A stretch of 40,471 bases of DNA from positions 1 to 40,471 of the forward strand of contig JAWCPB010000005.1 in the NCBI GenBank assembly GCA_038870455.1. Reading direction: 5' to 3'. The notes under the pieces were generated by a model, which did not search any database, was not told the DNA's origin, and saw nothing but the letters and a program-made list of their open reading frames with translations. Position 1 is the stretch's first letter; every line of letters begins with the position of its first letter. Positions 24,742-33,404 of this stretch are shown piece by piece. A program made the translations under genes and the position numbers. The stretch is from Candidatus Micrarchaeia archaeon (lineage in GTDB: Archaea; Micrarchaeota; Micrarchaeia; Burarchaeales; JACRGF01).

Positions 24742-25971
24742 ATGCTGAAAGTCTATAACACCCTCACGCGCAGGCTAGAGGAATTCAAGCCGCTGAGGGG
24801 AAAGGAAGTGCGCCTCTACACCTGTGGGCCGAGCGTCTATTCGCCCCCTCATCTCGGCAACTTCCGCACGTATGTTTTTGAGGACGCGCTCAAGCGCGCG
24901 CTTCTCTTCAAGGGCTACAGGGTCAGGCACGTGATGAACATCACAGACGTGGAGGACAAGGCCGTGCGCGCGGCGAGGGGCAGCATGGCGAGGATGCGCG
25001 CAATCACCCGCAGGAACACCGCCATCTTCATGAAAAACTCCCGCAGCCTGAACATGCTGCCGGCCGACCGTTACCCGCGCGCGACACAGAACATTCCCCG
25101 CATGGTGCGCCTCATAAAGAGGCTGCTGGAAAAAGGGCTGGCCTACCGCGATGAGAGCGGGAACATTTTCTTTGATGTCTCCCGTTTCCCCGGGTACGGA
25201 AGGCTCTCGCACACGCGCTTCCGGCGCTCACTGACCGGCAGGGTTTTTAAGGATGATTACTCCCAGCGCGAGGCGGGCGACTGGCTGCTGTGGAAGGCGT
25301 GGAGGCCAAGCGACGGCGACATCCACTGGCGGACGCCCTTGGGAAAGGGGCGGCCGGGCTGGCACATCGAGTGCAGCGCCATGGCCGCGCGCTTCCTTGG
25401 CCCGCGGTTCGACATTCACATGGGAGGCGTCGACAACATTTTCGCGCACCACGAGAACGAGATTGCCCAGAGCAAGGGCGCAACCGGCAGCATGCCCGCC
25501 CGCTACTGGCTTCACGTCCGCCACCTGCTCATTGAAGGGAAGAAGATGAGCAAGTCCCTCGGAAACTACTATACAGTGGATGCCGTTCACAGGATGGGCT
25601 TCGGGTTCGACGCCATCCGCATGTGCCTTCTCGCCGAGCACTACCGCAAGCGCCTGAACTTCACTTTCAGGGGCCTGCGAGGCGCCGCGCGCGAGCTCAG
25701 GAGATGCAAGAGCTGCCTCGCCGCCCTCCAGCGAAAAAGATTCTGGGAGGAGAATCCGGCTGCGGACAAGGCTGCGGAAGCAGCCCTTGCCGAATTTGCC
25801 TCTCATCTCGACAACGATCTGGACATCCCGCGCGCAATGACCACGTTCTGCCTTTTCGTGCGCAGGGTGCAGGGGCTGATAAGAAAAAGGAAGTTCGGCT
25901 GCGGGAACGCGAAGAAAGTGCTCGACGCGCTGAGGAAAATGGATTCCGTGCTGGGATTCATTTACGGGTAA
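24742..25971 (+). CDS. cysS: Cysteine--tRNA ligase-like protein lacking the C-terminal anticodon-binding region
   Basis: CGPSVY..HLGN, NITDV, GRPGWHIECSAM, HHENE, KMSKS; ends at DSVLGFIYG (409 aa). Confidence 0.85.
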   Translation: MLKVYNTLTRRLEEFKPLRGKEVRLYTCGPSVYSPPHLGNFRTYVFEDALKRALLFKGYRVRHVMNITDVEDKAVRAARGSMARMRAITRRNTAIFMKNSRSLNMLPADRYPRATQNIPRMVRLIKRLLEKGLAYRDESGNIFFDVSRFPGYGRLSHTRFRRSLTGRVFKDDYSQREAGDWLLWKAWRPSDGDIHWRTPLGKGRPGWHIECSAMAARFLGPRFDIHMGGVDNIFAHHENEIAQSKGATGSMPARYWLHVRHLLIEGKKMSKSLGNYYTVDAVHRMGFGFDAIRMCLLAEHYRKRLNFTFRGLRGAARELRRCKSCLAALQRKRFWEENPAADKAAEAALAEFASHLDNDLDIPRAMTTFCLFVRRVQGLIRKRKFGCGNAKKVLDALRKMDSVLGFIYG

Positions 25972-26002
25972 GTTTTTATTATTCTCCGCGCAAGTCCTTC
26001 CC

Positions 26003-26572
26003 ATGCCAAAGCCGTCGATTCTCCGTTCTTACGGCTCGCTCTTCAGGCTTCTCGAGAGGGAGAGCGGGGGCGAGCTTGCAGGCAAGCGCATTCTGGAAAT
26101 AGGCTGCGGCCCCAGGGCGCCGTTCGTGCAGTTCCTGAGGGGCATGGGCTTCGAGGCGTACGGCATTGACCTGGTCGTGGACGCGAGCATAAAGACGCTC
26201 AAGGACCGGGGAATTGTTTTCCAGGGAAACGCTGAGAGGCTCGGAGAAGTTTTCAAAGGCAAGTCTTTCGACTACATCACTTCGCGCGAGCTCATGCACG
26301 TGCCCGGCCGCATCGACGCGCTGCTTGAGGACCCGCAGAAGAGGGCGTGGGCCATCTACGCGCTGGAGAACAGGAAAGCGGAGTTGGAAAGAGCCGCGCG
26401 CAAGTCGCTTGAGCTCATTCACATGGCTGTTTTCAAGCAGCTGGCGAATGGAGGCAAGGCCATACACGTGGCGCAGGCCCCAAACAAACTTTTTTCGGAT
26501 ACAAAGTTTTTCCGCTCGCTGGGCTACCGCGTGCTGAAGAGCACTCCCAGGGAGCTCGTGCTGCAGAAATAA
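26003..26572 (+). CDS. Class I SAM-dependent methyltransferase-like protein
   Basis: RILEIGCG, YGID, SFDYI, L..GG motifs; own TATA-like TTTTTATTA upstream. Confidence 0.8.
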   Translation: MPKPSILRSYGSLFRLLERESGGELAGKRILEIGCGPRAPFVQFLRGMGFEAYGIDLVVDASIKTLKDRGIVFQGNAERLGEVFKGKSFDYITSRELMHVPGRIDALLEDPQKRAWAIYALENRKAELERAARKSLELIHMAVFKQLANGGKAIHVAQAPNKLFSDTKFFRSLGYRVLKSTPRELVLQK

Positions 26573-26601
26573 TCAGCCTGCAGAAATAGTCAGCAATCAG
26601 C
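26561..26601 (+). repeat. 17-bp tandem duplication
   Basis: CTGCAGAAATAATCAGC (26561-26577), CTGCAGAAATAGTCAGC (26578-26594), then partial AATCAGC. Confidence 0.85.
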
Positions 26602-27562
26602 TTTTTCTCTCGACTATCCAGTCGCAGAATGCCTCGAGCGCGTCCCTGTAGTGCGTCGAGCGCAGCACGCCAAGGCTTTTCTTCGCCGCTGTCGCGTGCG
26701 CGGCCGCGAGCTCGAGCGCTTCCGCCACCCCATTGTTTGCGACAACAAATTCGGCAATCGCCCTCGCGTTTCCGGCCGCCCATTCTCTGGCGACTTCCTT
26801 CCTTCCCCCTGCGCCCGCCTTCTGCAGCGCGAGGATGAACGGCATCGTCACCCTCCTTCCGGCGTCTTCTCCCCCCTCGCCCGCATAGTCCAGCGCGTCG
26901 TCCGAAAGCTGGAACGCGATTCCCGCGCGCACGCCGAACTCGCGCACGGCCGTCCTCTCAACCGCCCCCGCGCCGGCCGCGATTGCGCCTCCCTCGCACG
27001 CGAAAGAAAAAAACGCACCCGTCTTCTTCTCGGCAATCCTCTCGTACTCGCGCGCGCCCAGCTCCAGCTCCGCCTTTCTCTCGTTTCCCTCGAGCTCTCC
27101 GAGGCACGTGCGCTCGCCGGCCTGCACGAAAGCGGCCGCCAGCTCCTCGTTCTTCGCCCCAACGATTATCTCCATGGCTTTGGCGAGCAGGAAGTCTCCG
27201 GCCACAACGGCTTTCTTGCTTCCGAACCTAGCGTTCGCCGATTCCCTCCCCCTCCTTCTTTCGGCATCGTCAATCACGTCGTCGTGGAGCAGCGTGGCCT
27301 GGTGCGCGAGTTCCACGGCAACCGCCACATCCAGCGCGTTCGAGGCGAAGCCGCCACACGCCCCGCATGAAAGCAGGGCGAGCGCTCCCCTCGCTTGTTT
27401 TCCCCTGCTGTCGGCCAGCCAGTCGATTACGGGAATGTGCCTCACGTCCTCAAGAGCCCCGTGCAGCGCCTTCTCAACCTGCCCAAGCTCTTCCTCCACC
27501 ACGCCCGTGGCCTTTCTCCACAGGTTAAGCGCGTGTTCTCTCTTCACGATTTTTTGAGGCAA
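26597..27562 (-). CDS. trans-Polyprenyl diphosphate synthase
   Basis: ATLLHDDVIDD..RRG (FARM), KKTG, FQLSDDALD (SARM); TTG start uncertain. Confidence 0.9.
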   Translation of the reverse strand: MPQKIVKREHALNLWRKATGVVEEELGQVEKALHGALEDVRHIPVIDWLADSRGKQARGALALLSCGACGGFASNALDVAVAVELAHQATLLHDDVIDDAERRRGRESANARFGSKKAVVAGDFLLAKAMEIIVGAKNEELAAAFVQAGERTCLGELEGNERKAELELGAREYERIAEKKTGAFFSFACEGGAIAAGAGAVERTAVREFGVRAGIAFQLSDDALDYAGEGGEDAGRRVTMPFILALQKAGAGGRKEVAREWAAGNARAIAEFVVANNGVAEALELAAAHATAAKKSLGVLRSTHYRDALEAFCDWIVERKS

Positions 27563-27599
27563 GGCATATTTTAATACACTTCGCCCGAATGCGCTCTCT

Positions 27600-28010
27600 C
27601 TAGCGCCTGCGCTTTTTCTTCAGCGCCTTCGCGCGCGCTGCGGGCCCAGCCCGCTTTCCCTCAAGCCACCAGCCCACGAGCGTGGGCACGAGGATTATTT
27701 CCAGATAGCCTGCCAACAGCCCGAGGTTGTAAAAGTCCGCGGCCTTGAACACGCCCACGGTCACAATGTAATCCAGCACCGCGCTCACAACGAGCCAGAT
27801 TATTCCGAGGCAGAAGCCTATCCACGCCTGCCTTTCCCTGTATTCCTCCAAGTAGTACTTGGCTGCAATTGCTGCGAGAATTGGTGCGAGCACGAGCATG
27901 ACCGGCGTAATCCAGCCGGCGCCGAGCGGCGAGAACATCACGATGGATGCCATGGCGAACAGCACGAGCCACAGCAGCACCCCCAGCCCGACCGCCCTCA
28001 AGTGATCCAT
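27600..28010 (-). CDS. 4-TM membrane protein of unknown function
   Basis: GGAGGAG RBS at 28014-28020; four hydrophobic helices; basic tail. Confidence 0.78.
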   Translation of the reverse strand: MDHLRAVGLGVLLWLVLFAMASIVMFSPLGAGWITPVMLVLAPILAAIAAKYYLEEYRERQAWIGFCLGIIWLVVSAVLDYIVTVGVFKAADFYNLGLLAGYLEIILVPTLVGWWLEGKRAGPAARAKALKKKRRR

Positions 28011-28022
28011 CAACTCCTCCTT

Positions 28023-28661
28023 TCAGCCTGCTTTCACCTGGCTCCACTGTTCCGCGAAGCCAGTGCCGTCCTTTCGGATGAGCGCATACCTATCAACGTT
28101 CGTCTGGCCCGAACTCCATTTCACGAGCCACACATCCTCGTAAGTCTTGTTCACATAGGCATCTCTGTATTCTGCGTAGCTCTTGGCCTCGGCCTTCGCG
28201 TCGTCGAACCTGCACACGAACTCGCGTATTTCCCTTCCCTCAATCATCGCGTGCGATGCGATCACGGCCTGCTCCTCGAAAGCGAGCATGCACCGGTCCC
28301 CTCCGGGGCAGGGTATGCAGCCTATGCTGCAGTTCGTCCCTCGCGTCACGGCCCCGCCCGCGGTGATCACCTCAGGGTTGCTTATCTCAAAACCCCTCTT
28401 GGGATAGTCATAATAAACGTGAATTCTCTTGGGGCACGGCGTTTCCCTTCCCCACGTTATTCTCGCCTTGACGTTCCAGGAGCTCTCGCTGAAGTTCATG
28501 AAAAGGATTTCCCTCACATCGGCGTCAGGAAACTTCGCCTGCAGGTCCTCGAGAATGAGCTTGCGCGCGTCCGCTTCCCTGACATCGACCACTCTCCTCT
28601 CGAGGCAGCCGAGAAGAAGCAATGTAAGCAACACAGCCGCAAGCGCAATCGCTAGTCGCAT
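28023..28661 (-). CDS. Cys-rich putative lipoprotein
   Basis: Signal peptide ending LLLLGC; several further Cys; TATA-like TATATAAAT at 28682-28690. Confidence 0.75.
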   Translation of the reverse strand: MRLAIALAAVLLTLLLLGCLERRVVDVREADARKLILEDLQAKFPDADVREILFMNFSESSWNVKARITWGRETPCPKRIHVYYDYPKRGFEISNPEVITAGGAVTRGTNCSIGCIPCPGGDRCMLAFEEQAVIASHAMIEGREIREFVCRFDDAKAEAKSYAEYRDAYVNKTYEDVWLVKWSSGQTNVDRYALIRKDGTGFAEQWSQVKAG

Positions 28662-28746
28662 GCCGAGCTATCTCATTCGGGTATATAAATAATAGTGGTG
28701 TCTCAGCACGCCGTCCCGGGCGCAATCGCGTTTGCCATTTTTGAAG

Positions 28747-30405
28747 CTATCTGCTTACCGTGCGAATGAGTTCGGCAATTTTCTCGTCCGAAGCTATCGC
28801 TACGAGGATATCTTTGAAAATTTTCAGATTCTCGACTGGAGTGAACTCGTCTGTGGTATGGCTTTTGCCACCCCCGCAGCCAATCCCAAAAGCTATGCAC
28901 GAAGGCAGGCGGTCTGTGTCGAACCTGGCGAACGCCACACCACTCCCAAACTCCCTATTGCTCACCTCGGAGCATTTTCTAATCAAAAAATCATAAAGCG
29001 CGCGTGTCTCGGTAGTGAGCGGCGTGAGCTGCCCGGCGGTTGAGCGAACAATGTCCTTCTCGTCTTCTTTTCTAAAATCCTTAAAAGCGACATTCACTTT
29101 CTCGCGGATTTCCTCGGCCAGCTTATCGGGATAGTTCTTCTCATCAGGGGTGGTGCGAACGTGAAACACCAGCATCACTTCTTCAAAGTGACCTTTAGGC
29201 TCGTATCTCTCCTGAAAGGCTTCAAAAAAAGAGAGCGCTCGGTCGATGGCGTTTGTCCCCAGCCAAGGGCTTCCTAAGTGCGCGCTCTTTCCAAACACTT
29301 CGAGCTTAAAGGAATTGTTTTCAAGCTTCAGGCTATACCCCTTTTCCACTCCTTCGAGTGGGAATCTGGCATCGGCTTTCTTAAAAATTCCTTCAAGCAC
29401 CTCTTTTATCGCGTATAGCTCTTCGGCATTCTTATTGAGGAAAGCGAATTCGAATAACAGGCAAGAAGGCACGCCGCTTGGCTCCGTTGCTTCGATTTTC
29501 ATTTTCATATCTCCGAGCGTGCTCTCCTTCACTACGAGCTTACGAATCAAAGCCCTGTTGAACATTTTGACCACTCCACCTATCCTATGCTTCTCCTCAA
29601 GCGTTTTGGGAAGGGGCACCGCGCTACTCGCGGCATATTCAGAATCTCGCTCGGGACTGCTTATGTCCTCCGACAATGTGCGGGAGAAAAATTTCAGCAG
29701 CTCGATGAATTTGTTAAACGGGACGTTTTTGAATTGGAACCGCTGAGAGAGCATGCCGCTGCAGCCGTGCCAAACAGAACCGAAATTCCCATCAATATTT
29801 ATCACAACCTTTTCCATAATCTCATTTCTTCCCTCGTAGTCGTTGAAGAGATAGTACGCGCCGTAAGGGTAATCCCCCTCCTCGCAAGGGCAGAGCACAA
29901 GCCTGATGTTCACCTGCGCCTTCCCGCTTTTCTTCAGCTCATTTAGCGCGGCGAGCGCCGCGCAGATCGCGCTTTTCATGTCGGATACGCCAAGCCCTTT
30001 GAAGGCCTCGACTTCTCTGCCATCCGGTAGTCTGACCTTCTCAACTTTCAACTCCGTCGAGGCACCAGGCAACGCTACAGTATCATAATGGCCCAGAAGC
30101 ATCACGGTCGGCGCGCCAGGCTTGAAAAGGCAATCAATCACGATATTCACTATTTCTCGCTTACCGGGATACGATATCAACTTCACCTTAAACCCGCTTT
30201 TCTCCGCCTCCCGTTTCACCAGCGCAGCAAATTTCCCAAAATTTCTCATGCTGTTTTCATTGTCCGTTGGTATGCCGATCATTTCAGATAAGAGTTTGAT
30301 GTTGCATCCCGTACGCTTGCTGTAGGAGTCCCATTCCGATTCCAACAGTTTGGCCGAAAAGCGCCGTGTTCGTGGAGTTTCCTTTGTTACCTGCACGCGC
30401 TTCAT
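28747..30405 (-). CDS. M20 family metallopeptidase/deacylase (ArgE/DapE/PepV-like)
   Basis: GHYDTV, G.GVSDMKS, CEEG, GKSAH, SHTTDE; visibly AT-richer than neighbours. Confidence 0.85.
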   Translation of the reverse strand: MKRVQVTKETPRTRRFSAKLLESEWDSYSKRTGCNIKLLSEMIGIPTDNENSMRNFGKFAALVKREAEKSGFKVKLISYPGKREIVNIVIDCLFKPGAPTVMLLGHYDTVALPGASTELKVEKVRLPDGREVEAFKGLGVSDMKSAICAALAALNELKKSGKAQVNIRLVLCPCEEGDYPYGAYYLFNDYEGRNEIMEKVVINIDGNFGSVWHGCSGMLSQRFQFKNVPFNKFIELLKFFSRTLSEDISSPERDSEYAASSAVPLPKTLEEKHRIGGVVKMFNRALIRKLVVKESTLGDMKMKIEATEPSGVPSCLLFEFAFLNKNAEELYAIKEVLEGIFKKADARFPLEGVEKGYSLKLENNSFKLEVFGKSAHLGSPWLGTNAIDRALSFFEAFQERYEPKGHFEEVMLVFHVRTTPDEKNYPDKLAEEIREKVNVAFKDFRKEDEKDIVRSTAGQLTPLTTETRALYDFLIRKCSEVSNREFGSGVAFARFDTDRLPSCIAFGIGCGGGKSHTTDEFTPVENLKIFKDILVAIASDEKIAELIRTVSR

Positions 30406-30436
30406 GGTAAATCTGGATTTTTCTTAATATAAAAAC

Positions 30437-31612
30437 TTACACCCCGGCGTAATAGGACATTGTCGGCAGGATGAGAAAGCCCATGAGGTGCGTCCGCCGA
30501 ACGCCGAGCAGGGGCGCGAGCAGCCCCACGCCTGTCGCAGTCGCCATGAGCAGCAGGCCCGTGCCACCGGACACCACCCACGCCATCGCAACCAAGTACG
30601 CCATTATCGCCAGGTTCATTTTCCGCGCATCCGCCCTGCTCACCACTCCAGCAAACTCTTTTCCCAGCAACGCCATCAAACCGACAGCCACGAGCGCCGC
30701 GACCACGGCCGCGCCCGCATAAACAGGCAGCTGCGCCGTGCCGCCCCCGCCGATCAGCTCCTGAATGACCGCAATGCTCCCGATCCTCGCCTTTCCGATG
30801 CTCGCCGTGGTCGCAAAAGCAAAAACCACATGCGAGACGGCCACTGCCGATGCGGTGGCAAGAAACGCCTCTGCATTCAGGAAGAGGAACAGCGAGGCGA
30901 GCGTGGCCATCTGCGCTGCAGAGCCAATCGCGGGCAGGAGGTCGGCCAGCAGCCCGAGGAGCACGCCCAGCGCGGCAAACGGAAGGAATTCCCAGAAACC
31001 CGCTTCCCCATCCTTCTCCTGCTCCGGCATTCTCCCTCCCTGCCTCGCGCTCAACAGAAGGCTCGCGCACGCGAACATTCCCGCAAACGCGGGAAACAAC
31101 GGCTCTCTGACTATCGGCGTTTCAAGCGCGAGAACCCCAAGCAGGCCGGAGAAGAGGAAGATGAGCAGGGCGGCCGGCGTCCTCCTTCCCTCGCTCGCCA
31201 CCAGGGTGATTGAAAGAAGGGCGAGCATGGGGAAAACAAGTGGCTTTGCAAGCGCGTACGCGACCGGGTAAAAGGCGAGCGCGAGCGGAAAAGCCAGTGC
31301 AGAGAGGACGACTGCGGCGAGCGCCGAGAAGGACGCTATGTTCAGCGCGAGCCTCCCCCTCCCCTCCAGGAGAAGCCTGTGGCCCGGCAGCACCGCAACC
31401 ACGCTCGAGCTGTCCGGAATGAACAGGAAAATGGCCGGAACGAGTTCGAACACCGCGTGCGCTCCCACCATTCCAGCGAGCGCGAACGCGGCGAACTCCG
31501 CCTCGAGCGGAAGCTCCTTGAGCGCTTCGGCAATCGTGTTCGCGTGAATGCCTGGGATGAGGCCGGCGAACAGCCCCAGCAGCATTCCCAGCGCAACCGC
31601 GGCGGGCTCCAT
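30437..31612 (-). CDS. TctA/DUF112 family transporter (archaeal short form)
   Basis: GLIPGIHANT, PAIFL..PD, LPGHRLL.EG.G, GVRRTHLMGFL. Confidence 0.85.
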   Translation of the reverse strand: MEPAAVALGMLLGLFAGLIPGIHANTIAEALKELPLEAEFAAFALAGMVGAHAVFELVPAIFLFIPDSSSVVAVLPGHRLLLEGRGRLALNIASFSALAAVVLSALAFPLALAFYPVAYALAKPLVFPMLALLSITLVASEGRRTPAALLIFLFSGLLGVLALETPIVREPLFPAFAGMFACASLLLSARQGGRMPEQEKDGEAGFWEFLPFAALGVLLGLLADLLPAIGSAAQMATLASLFLFLNAEAFLATASAVAVSHVVFAFATTASIGKARIGSIAVIQELIGGGGTAQLPVYAGAAVVAALVAVGLMALLGKEFAGVVSRADARKMNLAIMAYLVAMAWVVSGGTGLLLMATATGVGLLAPLLGVRRTHLMGFLILPTMSYYAGV

Positions 31613-31680
31613 TCACTCACTTCCCCGCCCGTCGCCGCGCATCAGCCGCCCTCGCCATCCACCCCGCAGCCTCCATCGCC

Positions 31681-32058
31681 TCACCTGCCCAGCCCGTCCG
31701 AACTCGAAACAACCACTTCAATCTCCCAATTGAATTCCCTCACAACTCCTCTCGCAACCAGATAGTCGCCCGGCTGCAGCGCGTACGCATTCACCCCCCT
31801 CACTCTCTTTGCAGTTCCCTCGAAAACAACGACGTTCACGCACGCCTCTCCGCCGCACAGCTCGATGAAAACGTTTCCATCCCGCACGCTCGCCTTGCGC
31901 ACAAAGCCGCTGACCTCGACAAACCTCCCGATATCGTCGCTGCCAAGGCTTGCGATGCTCACCTTCTCAGGCTTCGCGGTCTGGGAAAGCCAGTAAAGCA
32001 GCGCCAGTCCCGCAAGCGCGAGCGCGAAAGCAGCAACCGCGATGTGGTTTTCCCTCAT
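31681..32058 (-). CDS. Membrane-anchored OB-fold protein
   Basis: N-terminal TM followed by beta-rich V.V.G.V...V.F...GD.L...G.V..F...EVVV pattern. Confidence 0.75.
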   Translation of the reverse strand: MRENHIAVAAFALALAGLALLYWLSQTAKPEKVSIASLGSDDIGRFVEVSGFVRKASVRDGNVFIELCGGEACVNVVVFEGTAKRVRGVNAYALQPGDYLVARGVVREFNWEIEVVVSSSDGLGR

Positions 32059-32114
32059 GCCCTCCCATCAGATAGAACGCAATGGGTTTTAAGCTTTGAG
32101 CGGAAATTTCCTGC

Positions 32115-33404
32115 ATGAGCCTCTTGGTGAAAAACGCTTTGGTCATCCTCACGCAAAATCGCGAGCGCGATGCCCTCCGCGATACCGATGTATTTGTTGA
32201 AGGAAACACCATCGCAGGCATCGGCAAAAACCTGCGCGAGCGCGCCGAGTTCGTGCTTGACGGGAGGGGCAAGCTCCTCCTGCCGGGCCTCATCAACACC
32301 CACACTCACCTCGCCATGACTCTCCTGAAGGGTTATGCCGACGACATGCCGCTCCAGCCATGGCTTGAGGAAAAGATCTGGCCGCTCGAGAAGAGCCTGA
32401 AGGCCCCCCATGTTTTCGCAGGCTCGCTGCTCGGCTGCGCTGAGCTCATCCGCTCCGGCACCACGGCGTTCGCGGACATGTATTTTTTCATGGACGAGAC
32501 CGCCCGGGCTGTGGAGAAGGCGGGCCTGCGCGCCAACCTTTCCTACGGAATGATTGACTTGGGAAACGCGGAGAAGCGAGAGAAAGAGCTGAAGGAAGGC
32601 GAGAGGTTCGCCAGGGCCTGGAAGGGAAAGGCGGGCGGCCGCATTCAAACCTCTCTCGGCCCCCACGCCCCTTATTCCTGTTCCAAAGAGCTTCTGGAGA
32701 AGGCGGCCGAGCTCGCCGATAAACTTGATGTCAAGCTCCAGATTCACCTCAGCGAGACGAGGAAAGAAGTTTTTGACTCAATAAAAAACACGGGCAAGCG
32801 CCCCCCCGCATACCTTGATTCGCTGGGCTTCCTCTCCCCCCGCGTCATAGCCGCGCACTGTTGCTGGCTCACAAAACAAGAGGCAAAGCTGCTCGCCCAG
32901 CGAGGTGTCTCGGTATCGCACTGCCCTGTTTCCAACATGAAGCTCGCCAGCGGAGGCGTCACGCCCGTCCCTGAGCTCGTCGCGGCAGGCGCCAACCTCT
33001 CGCTCGGCACGGACGGCGCGTGCTCCAACAACTCGCTGAGCATGCTGGAGACGATGAAGTTCGCCGCGCTTCTGCACAAGTCCGCGCGATGGGATGCGAC
33101 TGTCGCAGGCGCGCAGGAGGTTCTCGACTGGGCGACCATCAACGGCGCAAAGGCCCTCGGCATTCCCGCAGGCAGCATTGAGAAAGGCCGCCTCGCGGAC
33201 TTCATTCTCCTTGACCTGCGCGCGCCAAATCTCTCCCCCCTGCACAACCCCGTCTCGCACGTTGTGTATGCAGCCAATCCCAGCAACATCACCGATGTCG
33301 TCGTCGATGGCAGGCCGGTGCTGCTCGAGCGCGCCATACAGCTTTTCGATGAGAAAAAAGCAGTCGAAGACGCGCAGAAGGCCGCCGAAGAGCTGGTGGG
33401 CTAA
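32115..33404 (+). CDS. mtaD: Amidohydrolase, 5-methylthioadenosine/S-adenosylhomocysteine deaminase family
   Basis: PGLINTHTH, PHAPYSC, HLSET, AAHC, SNMKLASG, GTDG. Confidence 0.88.
   Translation: MSLLVKNALVILTQNRERDALRDTDVFVEGNTIAGIGKNLRERAEFVLDGRGKLLLPGLINTHTHLAMTLLKGYADDMPLQPWLEEKIWPLEKSLKAPHVFAGSLLGCAELIRSGTTAFADMYFFMDETARAVEKAGLRANLSYGMIDLGNAEKREKELKEGERFARAWKGKAGGRIQTSLGPHAPYSCSKELLEKAAELADKLDVKLQIHLSETRKEVFDSIKNTGKRPPAYLDSLGFLSPRVIAAHCCWLTKQEAKLLAQRGVSVSHCPVSNMKLASGGVTPVPELVAAGANLSLGTDGACSNNSLSMLETMKFAALLHKSARWDATVAGAQEVLDWATINGAKALGIPAGSIEKGRLADFILLDLRAPNLSPLHNPVSHVVYAANPSNITDVVVDGRPVLLERAIQLFDEKKAVEDAQKAAEELVG

Noticed and set aside
23063-27562. ABC exporter + CysRS-like + methyltransferase + prenyl synthase as one biosynthetic cluster
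   Set aside because: The methyltransferase has its own TATA box and the prenyl synthase is convergent; only ABC-CysRS coupling is supported
31613-31690. C-rich/G-rich spacer with loose CCGCC-like repeats
   Set aside because: No consistent unit or stable stem; matches local strand bias
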